Source: Coriobacteriia bacterium (lineage in GTDB: Bacteria > Actinomycetota > Coriobacteriia > Anaerosomatales > PHET01). Taken from it: DNA of 64,000 nt. Below are positions 19,376-28,656 of this stretch, in pieces; the first letter of the stretch is position 1; each line of letters starts with the position of its first letter. Location: assembly GCA_034370385.1 (NCBI GenBank), contig JAXMKZ010000029.1, positions 64,088-128,087 on the forward strand, written 5' to 3'. The notes beneath the pieces are model-generated. The model had not been told where the DNA came from. It did no database searches and was given only the letters and a program-made list of their open reading frames with translations. The translations under genes and the position numbers were made by a program.

Positions 19376-21273
19376 TGCTGGCTCACTCCTCGGCTCCTTG
19401 AGAGTTCATCGGCCACCCGCACGGCGCGCACACGAAGCTCTCTGCTCTTTCTGCCCAATCCAAGCGTTCGTTGTGCGAAACGGCGCAGGGCCTTCTCGGC
19501 TTCCGGAGTCCCTATCTCCTCGAGTGCCGCGATGATCTCCTTGCGCGTCTCGTACGTCCGCTGGAACACGTTGATATCCTCAAGCGCTCGGGAGAGCGCC
19601 GGTACGGCCCCCTCGATGTGGGCGCGTGCCACCTCGCGCACCACCTGGCGTTGCGTCTCCGGCTCACGATGGTTGATCGCCCGGATGAGGGCTGCCTCGG
19701 CCTCGGGCACGGGCATGCTGGCAAGCGCGGACGCCGATGCGAAGCGGACCTGCTCGTCCAGGCTGGTGAGACCGGCCGCCACAACAGGCACGGCCCGGCG
19801 GTCGCCAAGCTGGGGAAGCGTTCGGATGATGGCGACGGCCATCGCCGGGTCGGCGGTGCGCAAGCGCTGGCGTGCCACGCCGAGCACGCCCTCGCTCATG
19901 CTGCGCATCACCGGTCGCAGCAATGAGCGCTTGGGTTCTGAAAGCCTCACGTACACATCGAGAAGCGCTTCAGCACCCGGTGGTCCTGCCGCCTGGAGGA
20001 TCTCGCCGGCGATGGCCGCATCGGCGTCGGTCACCGGGGCACGGCAGACCTCCGTCAGTACCTTCGGGTCGGCGAGGGTCGCGCGTGCCACCGTCACCTC
20101 ATCGGCCAGAGACGGTTCGGTCGCGATCTCATCAAGCCGGCGCAGTGTCTCGCGGACCGTGGAGAACGCCCCGTCCCGCGCAGCGCGCGGCAGCACCTCG
20201 CCGATTGCGCGTATCGTTCCCGGATCGGCGTGCGAGCGAGAGACGGCCGTCGCCGTCGCCAGTGCCCGACCGGAGGCGAGCGCCGGCGAGGCGATGGCCA
20301 CTTGACGGGCGACCTCGGCCTGGTCCTCGGTGTCGTCGCGGTCCATCTCGTCGGCCAGCGACTGAGCCTGCTCCTGTGCCGGAACTCCGAAGTCAGGGTC
20401 GAGATTCGGTCGAGGCTCGAGCATCATCATGAGCATCTTCGTAGCCTCCGGCGGGAGGGTGAGTGCAGTCGCGATGCGCCGAGGGTCGGTATCCGCTTGC
20501 GATGCGACCAGGGTGAGCAGGCGGGCGAGGGAGGCCGGTTTCATGCGCGCCACGGCGGCCAGCATCCCCTCCATGCGCTCCCCGGACGTGTCGGCTTTGA
20601 GCGACAGCCCGAGCACGCGCATCCGAGTCTGCTCGTCCAGCCGCATCATCGCCGCGGCCACGCGCTCCAGGGCGATCTCGCGCATGGCGTCCTCAAGTCG
20701 ATCGACCGCCTCAGCGAGCTCGTCGCTCGCGGCGCCCTGGGCGGCCATCTGCGCGCGCCGCTCGGCAGCGTCGGCGATGCCGGCAGCGATCTCGTCGAGC
20801 GGGGCGCTGGTGAGATCGAGCCCGAGCAGCCCGCCGTCTTCGGAGGCCCTGAGGGAGACCTCGATGATCGCGATGTGCGCGACGCCCGAAGCGCCGAGCT
20901 GCGCCCGCAATCCGCCTGCGGATCGCACGCGCGTCGCGTCGCGGTTGGTGAGGTCCACGAAGACCAGAACCTCATCGAGCGTGACCCCCGGGGCCATCAC
21001 GAGCTGTCCCGCTTGGAGCGCGTAGAGCGACTCAGCCAGAGCCATGACCTGACTTTGTCCCGCCGCGATGGGAGTCTCGCCGACGCGAAAGCCGTCGGGA
21101 TCGAGGTGGTAGCGAAGGGGTCCGGCTGCGGTGAGCGTGCGGGCGCGTTCGACGAGGTTCTCGGCCGCCTCGCGGGGAATCGCGGATGCAGGGGGGTAGA
21201 GACGAGCGGCCGCGACGGCGTTGGCCAGCAGGCGCAGTGCCTCTTCTGCACGCGGGAAGCCTTCGGCGTCCAT
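19372..21273 (-). CDS. HEAT/PBS-lyase-repeat protein
   Basis: Start chosen at ATG 21273, 10 nt after GAGAGGAGGG; the track ORF extends to 21327. The C-terminal third shows HEAT-like repeats (GDRRAVPVVAAGLTSLDEQVRFASASALASM..., EGAVPALSRALED...). The rest is alpha-helical and Ala/Leu/Arg-rich. Confidence 0.7.
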   Translation of the reverse strand: MDAEGFPRAEEALRLLANAVAAARLYPPASAIPREAAENLVERARTLTAAGPLRYHLDPDGFRVGETPIAAGQSQVMALAESLYALQAGQLVMAPGVTLDEVLVFVDLTNRDATRVRSAGGLRAQLGASGVAHIAIIEVSLRASEDGGLLGLDLTSAPLDEIAAGIADAAERRAQMAAQGAASDELAEAVDRLEDAMREIALERVAAAMMRLDEQTRMRVLGLSLKADTSGERMEGMLAAVARMKPASLARLLTLVASQADTDPRRIATALTLPPEATKMLMMMLEPRPNLDPDFGVPAQEQAQSLADEMDRDDTEDQAEVARQVAIASPALASGRALATATAVSRSHADPGTIRAIGEVLPRAARDGAFSTVRETLRRLDEIATEPSLADEVTVARATLADPKVLTEVCRAPVTDADAAIAGEILQAAGPPGAEALLDVYVRLSEPKRSLLRPVMRSMSEGVLGVARQRLRTADPAMAVAIIRTLPQLGDRRAVPVVAAGLTSLDEQVRFASASALASMPVPEAEAALIRAINHREPETQRQVVREVARAHIEGAVPALSRALEDINVFQRTYETRKEIIAALEEIGTPEAEKALRRFAQRTLGLGRKSRELRVRAVRVADELSRSRGVSQQ

Positions 21274-21449
21274 GTGCCCGCAACCCTCCTCTCGCTTGCC
21301 GTGCGCCTTCATCGTATATCGGCTCAACGGACCATCTTGTGAAAGCGAATGTGCGGTCCATCACACTCAGCCTTGTCGACTCGGTGAGCCCGAGGGGAAT
21401 CATCACGGTACAGTGTGTACTACAACGTACCCGTGCGGCGTCAGGATGA

Positions 21450-21947
21450 GTGGTGTCGCTTAGAACCGAAGCATACTATCGCGGCATCGCGACTGAGACT
21501 CTCGACCGGATCGGTGCGACCGAGCCTCCGATCGCGCTCGATGATATCGTCGCGTCCCTCGGCATTCCCGTTCGCCCGGTCAATCTACCGCTGTTCTTCA
21601 CCGCAGCCACCGTCTACGAAGACGGACTCCCTGTCATGGTGATCAACTGGGCGCAACCCGAACAGGTCCGCCGGGGGGCTCTGGCACACATGCTGGGCCA
21701 CGTTCTCCTCGTGCTTCACGGTGATGGCAACTCGTACCCTCGCGACCAGGACGATCATCGAGAGGCAGACCTCGTCGCTCGCGAACTGCTGCTGCCCACT
21801 CAGATGGTGATCGATCAGGGTCGACTGTGGTTCAACGACTACCGCTACCTCGCCCGGCTCTTCGGAGTCAGCGAGAGCGAGATGCTGTCCCGGATGCAAG
21901 ACATGGGTCTTGTGAGGGCTTCGCAGGGAGTGGCTTGGGACTTCTGA
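21450..21947 (+). CDS. ImmA/IrrE (M78, DUF955)-like protein with altered metal motif
   Basis: The sequence ALAHMLGHVLL...HREADLVARELLLP aligns with the family pattern HExxH...E..AN.FA..LLMP, but has Met in place of the catalytic Glu. Confidence 0.65.
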   Translation: MVSLRTEAYYRGIATETLDRIGATEPPIALDDIVASLGIPVRPVNLPLFFTAATVYEDGLPVMVINWAQPEQVRRGALAHMLGHVLLVLHGDGNSYPRDQDDHREADLVARELLLPTQMVIDQGRLWFNDYRYLARLFGVSESEMLSRMQDMGLVRASQGVAWDF

Positions 21948-22023
21948 GCCTCGGCAGCGGCGCCGAGCGGTATCATCACATCGTGTGGTCGATGTCGGCT
22001 CACACGCACGCGAGAGGGGACTT

Positions 22024-22998
22024 ATGCGTACGACGTACGCCGTAGGTATCGATGTGGGGGGAACGCGCATTGCGGCCGGGCTCGTGGAGCGCAAGGGACG
22101 CATCGTCAAGGAGGCCAAGCGCCTCACCCCCAAAGGCGGGCCGTTCGCCGTCGTGGATGCGGTGATCGACCTCGCCGCAGAGGTGACCTCGGGGGTCCAT
22201 CCTTCTGAAGTCGCGGGCGCCGGTATCGGCCTCCCGGCTCAGGTCGACTTCCTGCGGCAGGAAGTCGAATTCTGCACGAACCTGCCGCTGGCCGGGGTCG
22301 ATGTCCGTTCGCTTGTGATGTCTCGCACGCGCAGCGAGGTGACCATCGACAACGACGGACATCTCGCAGCGTTCGGAGAGTCACGCTATGGCGCCGCCAA
22401 GGGTGCGCGCGACTTCCTCATGATCACGCTTGGCACGGGTGTCGGCGGAGGAATGTGGGTCGCCGGCGAGCCGTACCGCGGGTCGCGCGGGCTCGGTGGC
22501 GAGATAGGACACATGGTCATCGATCTTGATGGGCCGGAGTGCCCCTGCGGCGGGCGCGGCCACCTTGAAGCGTTTCTCGGCCGACCGGCACTGGCGGCCA
22601 AAGGGCAGGCGGCCGCCCGTGCGTTCTCCGGGCGGGCGATACTCGACGCGGCGGGCGGCGACATCGAGGCCGTGACCGCCGAGGCCGTGGTGATGGCGGC
22701 TCGCGGTGGCGACGCGGTGGCGCGCGCGATCCTGGTGGAGGCCGGAGAGGTTCTTGGTAGGGCGCTGGTCGGTTTCGTCAACCTGTTGAATCCGCGCCTC
22801 ATCTGCATCGGTGGCGGTATCGGAGAGTCGGCCGACGTGCTCGTCGAGCGGGCGGTGCAGGTGATGCAGGCCGAGGCGCTCGCCGGGCGCCGTGATGTCG
22901 AGGTCGTGCCCGCGGTCCTCGGCAACGACGCGGGCGTGCTCGGTGCGGCCGCCCTCGCGTTCGACGAACATGACTCTCGGGAGGGCCTGCACCGGTAG
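22024..22998 (+). CDS. ROK-family glucokinase
   Basis: Uses the internal ATG at 22024 with a GAGAGGGGA RBS. It shows GIDVGGTRIAAG, the ROK signature GLGGEIGHMVI, and the zinc motif CPCGGRGHLE. Confidence 0.85.
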   Translation: MRTTYAVGIDVGGTRIAAGLVERKGRIVKEAKRLTPKGGPFAVVDAVIDLAAEVTSGVHPSEVAGAGIGLPAQVDFLRQEVEFCTNLPLAGVDVRSLVMSRTRSEVTIDNDGHLAAFGESRYGAAKGARDFLMITLGTGVGGGMWVAGEPYRGSRGLGGEIGHMVIDLDGPECPCGGRGHLEAFLGRPALAAKGQAAARAFSGRAILDAAGGDIEAVTAEAVVMAARGGDAVARAILVEAGEVLGRALVGFVNLLNPRLICIGGGIGESADVLVERAVQVMQAEALAGRRDVEVVPAVLGNDAGVLGAAALAFDEHDSREGLHR

Positions 22999-23030
22999 GT
23001 CTTTCGGCAACGACGTGGGAGGTAGCGAAG

Positions 23031-24728
23031 GTGTCTGACGACAGAATCGATGAGGTTGAGGAACGGCAGCTCATCCTGAGGGACAAAGCGGCCCGCGAGG
23101 GCTTCGACATCCCCGAGGAGGTCCTCGACTACATCGCCGACAAGTACGCTCTTCCACAGACGCTCAAGGGCGCGCTCATCAATGTGCAGGCGTATGCCTC
23201 GCGCCGGGGCATGCCCGTGACCCTCGATGTCGCTCGGCTGGTGCTCGACGGGATACGGCCTGCCGCGGTGGTCGTGGAGGTGCCGGAGCGCGGCGAGGTT
23301 GTCGAGCACGAGGCCACCGACGACTCGCCGTCCACACCGGAGCCGGTCACAGAAGCCGCTCAGGATCTGGCCGCCGGCGAACAGCTGACGAGCGATGCGG
23401 TGTCCTCCTCGCTTGAGGACGCGCTATCGGCAGTGCTCGGCGCAACGGTCGTGGCGTCGGTGGATGATGTGGTGTCCGTCCCCAACGGTACGCTGTTCGA
23501 GGAGCCGCAGGTCCCGGTTCCCGCTCCGTCCCCGGCTCCCGTCCATGAGGTCTCCTTGCCGCCTGCGCCCGTGCCCGGGCCTGCGCCAGCGTTTGTCACG
23601 CCGCCTGCGCCCAAACCCGCTGCGGCCTTGGTGTGGTTCGCGCCGGTACGCACGACGAAGAAGGAGTCGCTCGTGGCCCGTGCCGGGCGGCTGCTGCAGC
23701 GAGCGGGACTTGAGAACACCATCGATGACGGCGACCTTGTCGCGGTCAAGCTCCATTTCGGCGAGGAGGGCAACACCGGGTTCGTGAGCCCTGTGTTCCT
23801 TCGCGAAGTGGTTCGTCTCGTCAGGGAAGCCGGCGGTAAACCGTTCCTCACCGATTCGAACACGCTCTATCGCGGGAAGCGCGCGAACGCTGTCGACCAC
23901 ATGGGATGCGCGGTGCGCAACGGCTTCTCCTTCGCGACCGTGGAGGCACCCATCGTGATCGCGGACGGGCTTGACGGCAGGGACGCCGTCGATGTCCCTA
24001 TCAGCGGATACGCGCATTTCGACAGTGTGCGCATCGGATCGACGGCAGCCCACGCGGATGCCCTCGTGGTCGTGACCCACTTCAAGGGACATGAGGCCAC
24101 GGGGTTCGGCGGGGCGCTGAAGAACGTCGGAATGGGTTTGGGGTGTCGCAGCGCCAAACAGCGCATGCACTCGGACCTCAAGCCGCAGGTCGGCGCCGAG
24201 AAGTGCACCGCATGCGGCAAGTGCGTGAGCTGGTGCCCGGTCGATGCCATCGCGATCACGCCGGACCGCATCGCCCGCATCGACTACGAACGGTGCTACG
24301 GATGCGGCGAGTGTGTGGCTGCGTGTCCGTACGCTGCTATCGCCATTCAGTGGAAGACCGAGCCCGGCGCGATCCAGGAGAAGATCGTCGAACACGTTGC
24401 CGGCGCGGTCAGCGGCAAGGACGGCAAGGTCATCTACCTCTCCTTCGTGATGAACGTGTCCCCCGACTGTGATTGCTGGCATTTCAGTGACGCGAGCATC
24501 GTCTCCGATGTCGGAATACTGGCTTCAACGGACATCGTCGCCATCGACCAGGCGGCATTCGACCTCGTCCAACGGGCTGCGGGTCTGCCAGGGACGCAAG
24601 GCGATGGTCTCGAGTCCGGTACGGACAAGTTCGCAGCCGTCACCGGAATCGATGGCACGATCGGTTTGGCCTATGCCGAGGCGCATGGCCTTGGCACCAG
24701 AAACTACGAGCTGCGCACGCTCGACTGA
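23031..24728 (+). CDS. DUF362 domain protein fused to a 2x[4Fe-4S] ferredoxin module, with an N-terminal helical domain and a Pro-rich linker
   Basis: GTG 23031 follows GGGAGG. The DUF362 core reads VAVKLHFGEEGNTGFVSPVFLREVV...FLTDSNTLY. Cluster motifs are CTACGKCVSWCP and CYGCGECVAACP. Confidence 0.75.
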   Translation: MSDDRIDEVEERQLILRDKAAREGFDIPEEVLDYIADKYALPQTLKGALINVQAYASRRGMPVTLDVARLVLDGIRPAAVVVEVPERGEVVEHEATDDSPSTPEPVTEAAQDLAAGEQLTSDAVSSSLEDALSAVLGATVVASVDDVVSVPNGTLFEEPQVPVPAPSPAPVHEVSLPPAPVPGPAPAFVTPPAPKPAAALVWFAPVRTTKKESLVARAGRLLQRAGLENTIDDGDLVAVKLHFGEEGNTGFVSPVFLREVVRLVREAGGKPFLTDSNTLYRGKRANAVDHMGCAVRNGFSFATVEAPIVIADGLDGRDAVDVPISGYAHFDSVRIGSTAAHADALVVVTHFKGHEATGFGGALKNVGMGLGCRSAKQRMHSDLKPQVGAEKCTACGKCVSWCPVDAIAITPDRIARIDYERCYGCGECVAACPYAAIAIQWKTEPGAIQEKIVEHVAGAVSGKDGKVIYLSFVMNVSPDCDCWHFSDASIVSDVGILASTDIVAIDQAAFDLVQRAAGLPGTQGDGLESGTDKFAAVTGIDGTIGLAYAEAHGLGTRNYELRTLD

Positions 24729-24753
24729 GTCGTTCAGCAGATCCAAGGGAGAG

Positions 24754-25860
24754 ATGATGGACCTCGGTAGAATCATCAAGCGGTCCTGGACCATCACCTG
24801 GCGCTACAAAGCGCTGTGGGTGCTGGGGATCTTCGCGGGAGTGTCAGGGTGTTCGGCCAGCGGGGGCTCAGGCAGCGGCTCGTCCGGAGGATCCAGCAGC
24901 AGTGGTTCGGGCGCCCCGTGGCCGGGCGGTTTCGACCCCGGCGACACCACGCGCCTGATGGAGAGGCTCGTATCACTGCTGCCGCTCCTCATCGCCGCCA
25001 CGGTTCTCATCTTCTTCATGGGCATGGTGTGGTCGATCTTCGCCATCGCGGCGCGAGGCGGGCTCGTGACGGGCGTGAGCTCCGTTGAAGACGGCGCGCC
25101 TCGACCGCTCGGCCAGCTGTGGAACGCCGGATTCGCGCGCTTCTGGACACTCTTGGGGCTCGATATCCTGCTGAAGTTGCCGCTCTTTGCGGTGGGGATG
25201 CTCATGATGGTGCTGATCATCGTGCCCATCTTTGCAACAGTGAGCGTCGGCGGGACGCCCGGTCCGGAGCTGATCGCACCGGTCTGTGGAAGCCTCGTCG
25301 TGGGCATTCCCGTGCTCCTCATCGGGGGATTCGTACTCGGGATCATGTACCTGATCGCGCTTCGCTACGTGATGCTGGGCGGCCAGGGTGCTACCGAGGC
25401 GGCGCGCAACTCGTGGCGGTTCTTCCGGGCGCGGTTCAAAGACACGGTTCTTGTCTGGCTTCTCAACGCCGCACTGAACCTTGCCGCATCGTTCGTCATC
25501 GCGATTCCGGCGGTCGTGGTGGGCTTGGCGATGTTCGTTCCCCTCGCCGTATCGATCGGATCGGGCGAGTGGGACGTGCTGCTCGCGTCGATTCCGGTGT
25601 TTCTCATCCTGTTTGTGGGTATCGGTCTTGCCTATAACGCGGTCTGGGGCACCTACACCTCGGCGCTCTGGACGCTGTTCTTCCGCGAGGCCGCTGGAAT
25701 GACCCCGGCGCTCGTGGTCGACCCGGCCTCAGCGCCCGTGGCGTCAGCGCCACCCGCCGAGTACGCCCCGGCGCCCGTGTCGTCGGCTGAGAGCGTCGCT
25801 ACGCCCCTGCTGCCCACACCGGGCGTTGACGCGGAGACGGGCAGGGCTGGTGGCGCCTGA
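24754..25860 (+). CDS. polytopic membrane protein of unknown function
   Basis: Uses the internal ATG at 24754 with RBS AAGGGAGAG; the upstream part of track ORF 24469..25860 overlaps the DUF362 gene. It has a Gly/Ser-rich loop followed by at least 6 hydrophobic helices. Confidence 0.6.
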   Translation: MMDLGRIIKRSWTITWRYKALWVLGIFAGVSGCSASGGSGSGSSGGSSSSGSGAPWPGGFDPGDTTRLMERLVSLLPLLIAATVLIFFMGMVWSIFAIAARGGLVTGVSSVEDGAPRPLGQLWNAGFARFWTLLGLDILLKLPLFAVGMLMMVLIIVPIFATVSVGGTPGPELIAPVCGSLVVGIPVLLIGGFVLGIMYLIALRYVMLGGQGATEAARNSWRFFRARFKDTVLVWLLNAALNLAASFVIAIPAVVVGLAMFVPLAVSIGSGEWDVLLASIPVFLILFVGIGLAYNAVWGTYTSALWTLFFREAAGMTPALVVDPASAPVASAPPAEYAPAPVSSAESVATPLLPTPGVDAETGRAGGA

Positions 25861-26695
25861 GAGCGGTCGGCTGTCAGTCTGTGCGACGCCGATAGGCAAC
25901 CTCGGTGACGTGACTCTTCGCGTCATCGAGACCCTGCGTGGCGCGGACGTCATCCTTGCGGAGGACACGCGCGTCACCCACAAGCTTCTCGCGCACTACG
26001 ACATCACGACCCCCCTCGAGCGCTTTGACGAACACACGGCAGCGCGTCGCACCCCCGAGGTGGTCTCACGTGTACGGGCCGGTGCCTGGCTCGCCCTTGT
26101 CTCGGACGCGGGCACGCCGGGCGTGAGCGATCCCGGATCGACGCTGGTTGCAGCCGCGCTCGATGCGGGCGTCTTGGTCGAGGTGCTGCCGGGCGCGTCG
26201 GCTGTGCCGGCGGCGCTGGTGGCCAGCGGGTTGCCTACGCACGCGTTCTACTTCGGGGGGTTCCTTCCTCGCAAGGCAGGGGAGCGACGCCGGTTGTTCG
26301 ACGGGCTCGCATCGCTTGACGCGACTCTCGTGTTCTACGAGTCACCCCATCGGACCGCTGTCTCGCTGATGGCGCTGGCGGAGGCGTTCCCCGCGCGGAC
26401 GGGAGCCATGGCGCGCGAGCTCACCAAGCTTCACGAGGAGGTCGTCCGAGCTCCTCTGCCCGAGCTGGCCGCGCAGATAGGTGCCCGCGAGACGCTCAAG
26501 GGCGAGGTGGTCTTGCTGGTAGGCCCTCCTGCGGCAGGTGAGGCCGAGGTTGAGATCGATGAGGCCGCCGTGCGCGCTCGGGTCGATGCGTTGGTGGCGA
26601 CAGGAGCATCGCGTAACGCCGCCGTGAAGACCGTCGCCGGTGAGCTGGGGCTTGCGCGCAACGCCGTCTACGCGATCGCCCACGCCAAGAGCTGA
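25850..26695 (+). CDS. rsmI: 16S rRNA (cytidine1402-2'-O)-methyltransferase
   Basis: The protein begins LSVCATPIGNLGDVTLR and carries SDAGTPGVSDPG and FYESPHR. The start is ambiguous (GTG 25850 or track start 25826). Confidence 0.85.
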   Translation: MAPESGRLSVCATPIGNLGDVTLRVIETLRGADVILAEDTRVTHKLLAHYDITTPLERFDEHTAARRTPEVVSRVRAGAWLALVSDAGTPGVSDPGSTLVAAALDAGVLVEVLPGASAVPAALVASGLPTHAFYFGGFLPRKAGERRRLFDGLASLDATLVFYESPHRTAVSLMALAEAFPARTGAMARELTKLHEEVVRAPLPELAAQIGARETLKGEVVLLVGPPAAGEAEVEIDEAAVRARVDALVATGASRNAAVKTVAGELGLARNAVYAIAHAKS

Positions 26696-26713
26696 CTCAC
26701 GGGCGAGGAGCCC

Positions 26714-26959
26714 TCAGAGCGCGCGAATCGCAGAGGTACAGGCCTCGCACACGGGCCTGTCGCTGACGGTGACCATGGTCGAGTCGGCGGCACCGCAGAT
26801 CGCACAGACGTCCTTGTGCTTCTGCAAGATGATGCGATCCCCCTCCACGAAGATGGCGAGCGGGTCCTTGACCTTGATGCCCAGGGTGCGACGCAGCTCC
26901 ATGGGAATCACGATGCGACCCAGGTCGTCGACCCTTCTCACGATGCCGGTGTCGTGCAT
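26714..26959 (-). CDS. abrB: AbrB-family transition-state regulator with C-terminal CxxC...CxxC
   Basis: The N-terminus TGIVRRVDDLGRIVIPMELRRTLGI is near-identical in pattern to B. subtilis AbrB (as recalled). The C-terminal part carries CAICG...CEAC. It sits in the Bacillus-like position between rsmI and metG. Confidence 0.85.
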   Translation of the reverse strand: MHDTGIVRRVDDLGRIVIPMELRRTLGIKVKDPLAIFVEGDRIILQKHKDVCAICGAADSTMVTVSDRPVCEACTSAIRAL

Positions 26960-27092
26960 GGCGAGTGCTCCCTTGCGTGGTAGCCGCGTTGTCGGCGCGA
27001 CGAACGGTTAGAATCTGCACGTGAGGCAGCCGCGTGTGCCGCGGGCACCTTCACTTCCAGTATTACCCACAGCGATGGAGCGCCGAAACACC

Positions 27093-28655
27093 ATGAGCCG
27101 TCAGCCCTACTATCTCACCACTCCGATCTACTACGTGAACTCGGTGCCTCACCTGGGAACCGCCTATACGACGGTGGCTGCCGACGCGCTTGCGCGGTAC
27201 CGCCGGATGGCGGGGGACGACGTGGTGTTCCTCACCGGCCTCGATGAGCACGGGCAGAAGGTCGCCCAGGCTGCCGAGGAGAACGGCATGTCCCCGCAGG
27301 AGTGGTGCGACTCGATCGCGCCGCGCTTCCTCGAAGCGTGGGAGATGCTCGGCATCAGCAACGACGACTTCATCCGCACGACGCAGGAGCGGCACAAGAG
27401 AGGCGTCCAAGCGTTTTGGACCAGACTTCATGACGAGGGCTACCTCTACAAGGGCGGGTATGAGGGCTGGTACTGCGTGCCCGACGAGACCTTCTACGCC
27501 GAGGATCAGCTTGAGGAGGGCAAGTGCCCCGGCTGCGGCCGTGACGTGCAGTTCATTCGCGAGGAGAACTGGTTCTTCAAGCTCTCGGAGTTCTCAGAGC
27601 GCCTGCTTGCCTACTACGAAGAGCATCCCGGGTTCATCCGACCCGCGACGCGCCGCAACGAGGTCATCTCGTTTGTGGAGAGCGGCCTTCGAGACCTGTC
27701 CATCTCACGGACCACCTTCTCCTGGGGTGTGCCGCTTCCCTTCGCCGAGAACCATGTGACCTACGTGTGGATCGATGCTCTACTTAACTACGTCACGGCA
27801 GTCGGCTACGGTTCCGAAGATCCAGAAGCGGCCGCGCGCTTCGAGCGCTACTGGCCGGCGCAGGTCCATTTCGTCGGCAAAGACATCATCCGCTTCCACT
27901 GCGTGATTTGGCCGGCGATGCTGATGGCGGCGGGGTTGCCGCTGCCCGAGTCCGTCTTCGCCCACGGATTCTTGCTCACCAAGGGCGAGAAGATGTCCAA
28001 GAGCAAGGGCAACGCCGTCTCGCCGGCTGACCTCGTGGCCAAGTTCGGCGTCGACGCCTACCGATACTACTTCCTGCGCGACGTGCAGTTCGGTGCCGAC
28101 GGCTCCATTTCCATGGAGGCGATGATCCAGCGCATCAACGGCGACCTCGCCAACGACTGGGGCAATCTGTGCTCCCGTCTGTTCAACATGGTGGGCAAGT
28201 ACTGCGACGGCCGCGTGCCGGAGGCGAGCGGTGGTGAGCCAAGCCCTGACGACGACGTGCTGCGTGGTGTGGCCGAGGGCCTGCCGGGTCGCTACGAGGC
28301 CGCCATGAGCGAGCTTGACTACGTCAGCGCCCTGGAGTCGGCGTGGGATCTCATCAAGGCCACCAACCGCTACATCGAGGAGTCAGCGCCGTGGAACCTC
28401 GCCAAGTCGGAGGAGACGATGGCGCGCTTGTTCGACGTGCTCTACAACGCGCTCGAGGCGGTCCGCATCGCCGCGCTCTTCTGCGCGCCGGTCATGCCGA
28501 CCACATCGAATGAGGTCTGGCGCCGGATGGGCCTGCCCGACATCACCGCGGTGACGGACATCGCGGCTGAATCAGCATGGGGCCGGCTGCCGGCAGGCAA
28601 CCCGGTGGAGAAGGGCGACCCGCTGTTCCCCCGCATCGACAAGGAAGCCGAGTAA
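27093..28655 (+). CDS. metG: methionine--tRNA ligase
   Basis: Uses the internal ATG at 27093. It has the class I motifs PHLGTAYT (HIGH-type) and KMSKS, plus the Zn knuckle CPGCGRD. Confidence 0.95.
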   Translation: MSRQPYYLTTPIYYVNSVPHLGTAYTTVAADALARYRRMAGDDVVFLTGLDEHGQKVAQAAEENGMSPQEWCDSIAPRFLEAWEMLGISNDDFIRTTQERHKRGVQAFWTRLHDEGYLYKGGYEGWYCVPDETFYAEDQLEEGKCPGCGRDVQFIREENWFFKLSEFSERLLAYYEEHPGFIRPATRRNEVISFVESGLRDLSISRTTFSWGVPLPFAENHVTYVWIDALLNYVTAVGYGSEDPEAAARFERYWPAQVHFVGKDIIRFHCVIWPAMLMAAGLPLPESVFAHGFLLTKGEKMSKSKGNAVSPADLVAKFGVDAYRYYFLRDVQFGADGSISMEAMIQRINGDLANDWGNLCSRLFNMVGKYCDGRVPEASGGEPSPDDDVLRGVAEGLPGRYEAAMSELDYVSALESAWDLIKATNRYIEESAPWNLAKSEETMARLFDVLYNALEAVRIAALFCAPVMPTTSNEVWRRMGLPDITAVTDIAAESAWGRLPAGNPVEKGDPLFPRIDKEAE

Positions 28656-28656
28656 C

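Noticed and set aside
23340-23640. Repetitive-looking Pro/Ala/Val-rich DNA, considered as a possible tandem repeat or recombination scar
   Set aside because: It is in frame within the DUF362 gene and translates to a simple PxP-type linker. No exact nucleotide tandem unit is present.
26960-27092. T-box leader upstream of metG, as in Bacillus metS
   Set aside because: The region is only 133 bp, is shared with the divergent abrB promoter, and has no AGGGUGGNACCGCG-like T-box sequence or terminator/antiterminator pair. A TAGAAT at 27009-27014 is probably just the -10 box.
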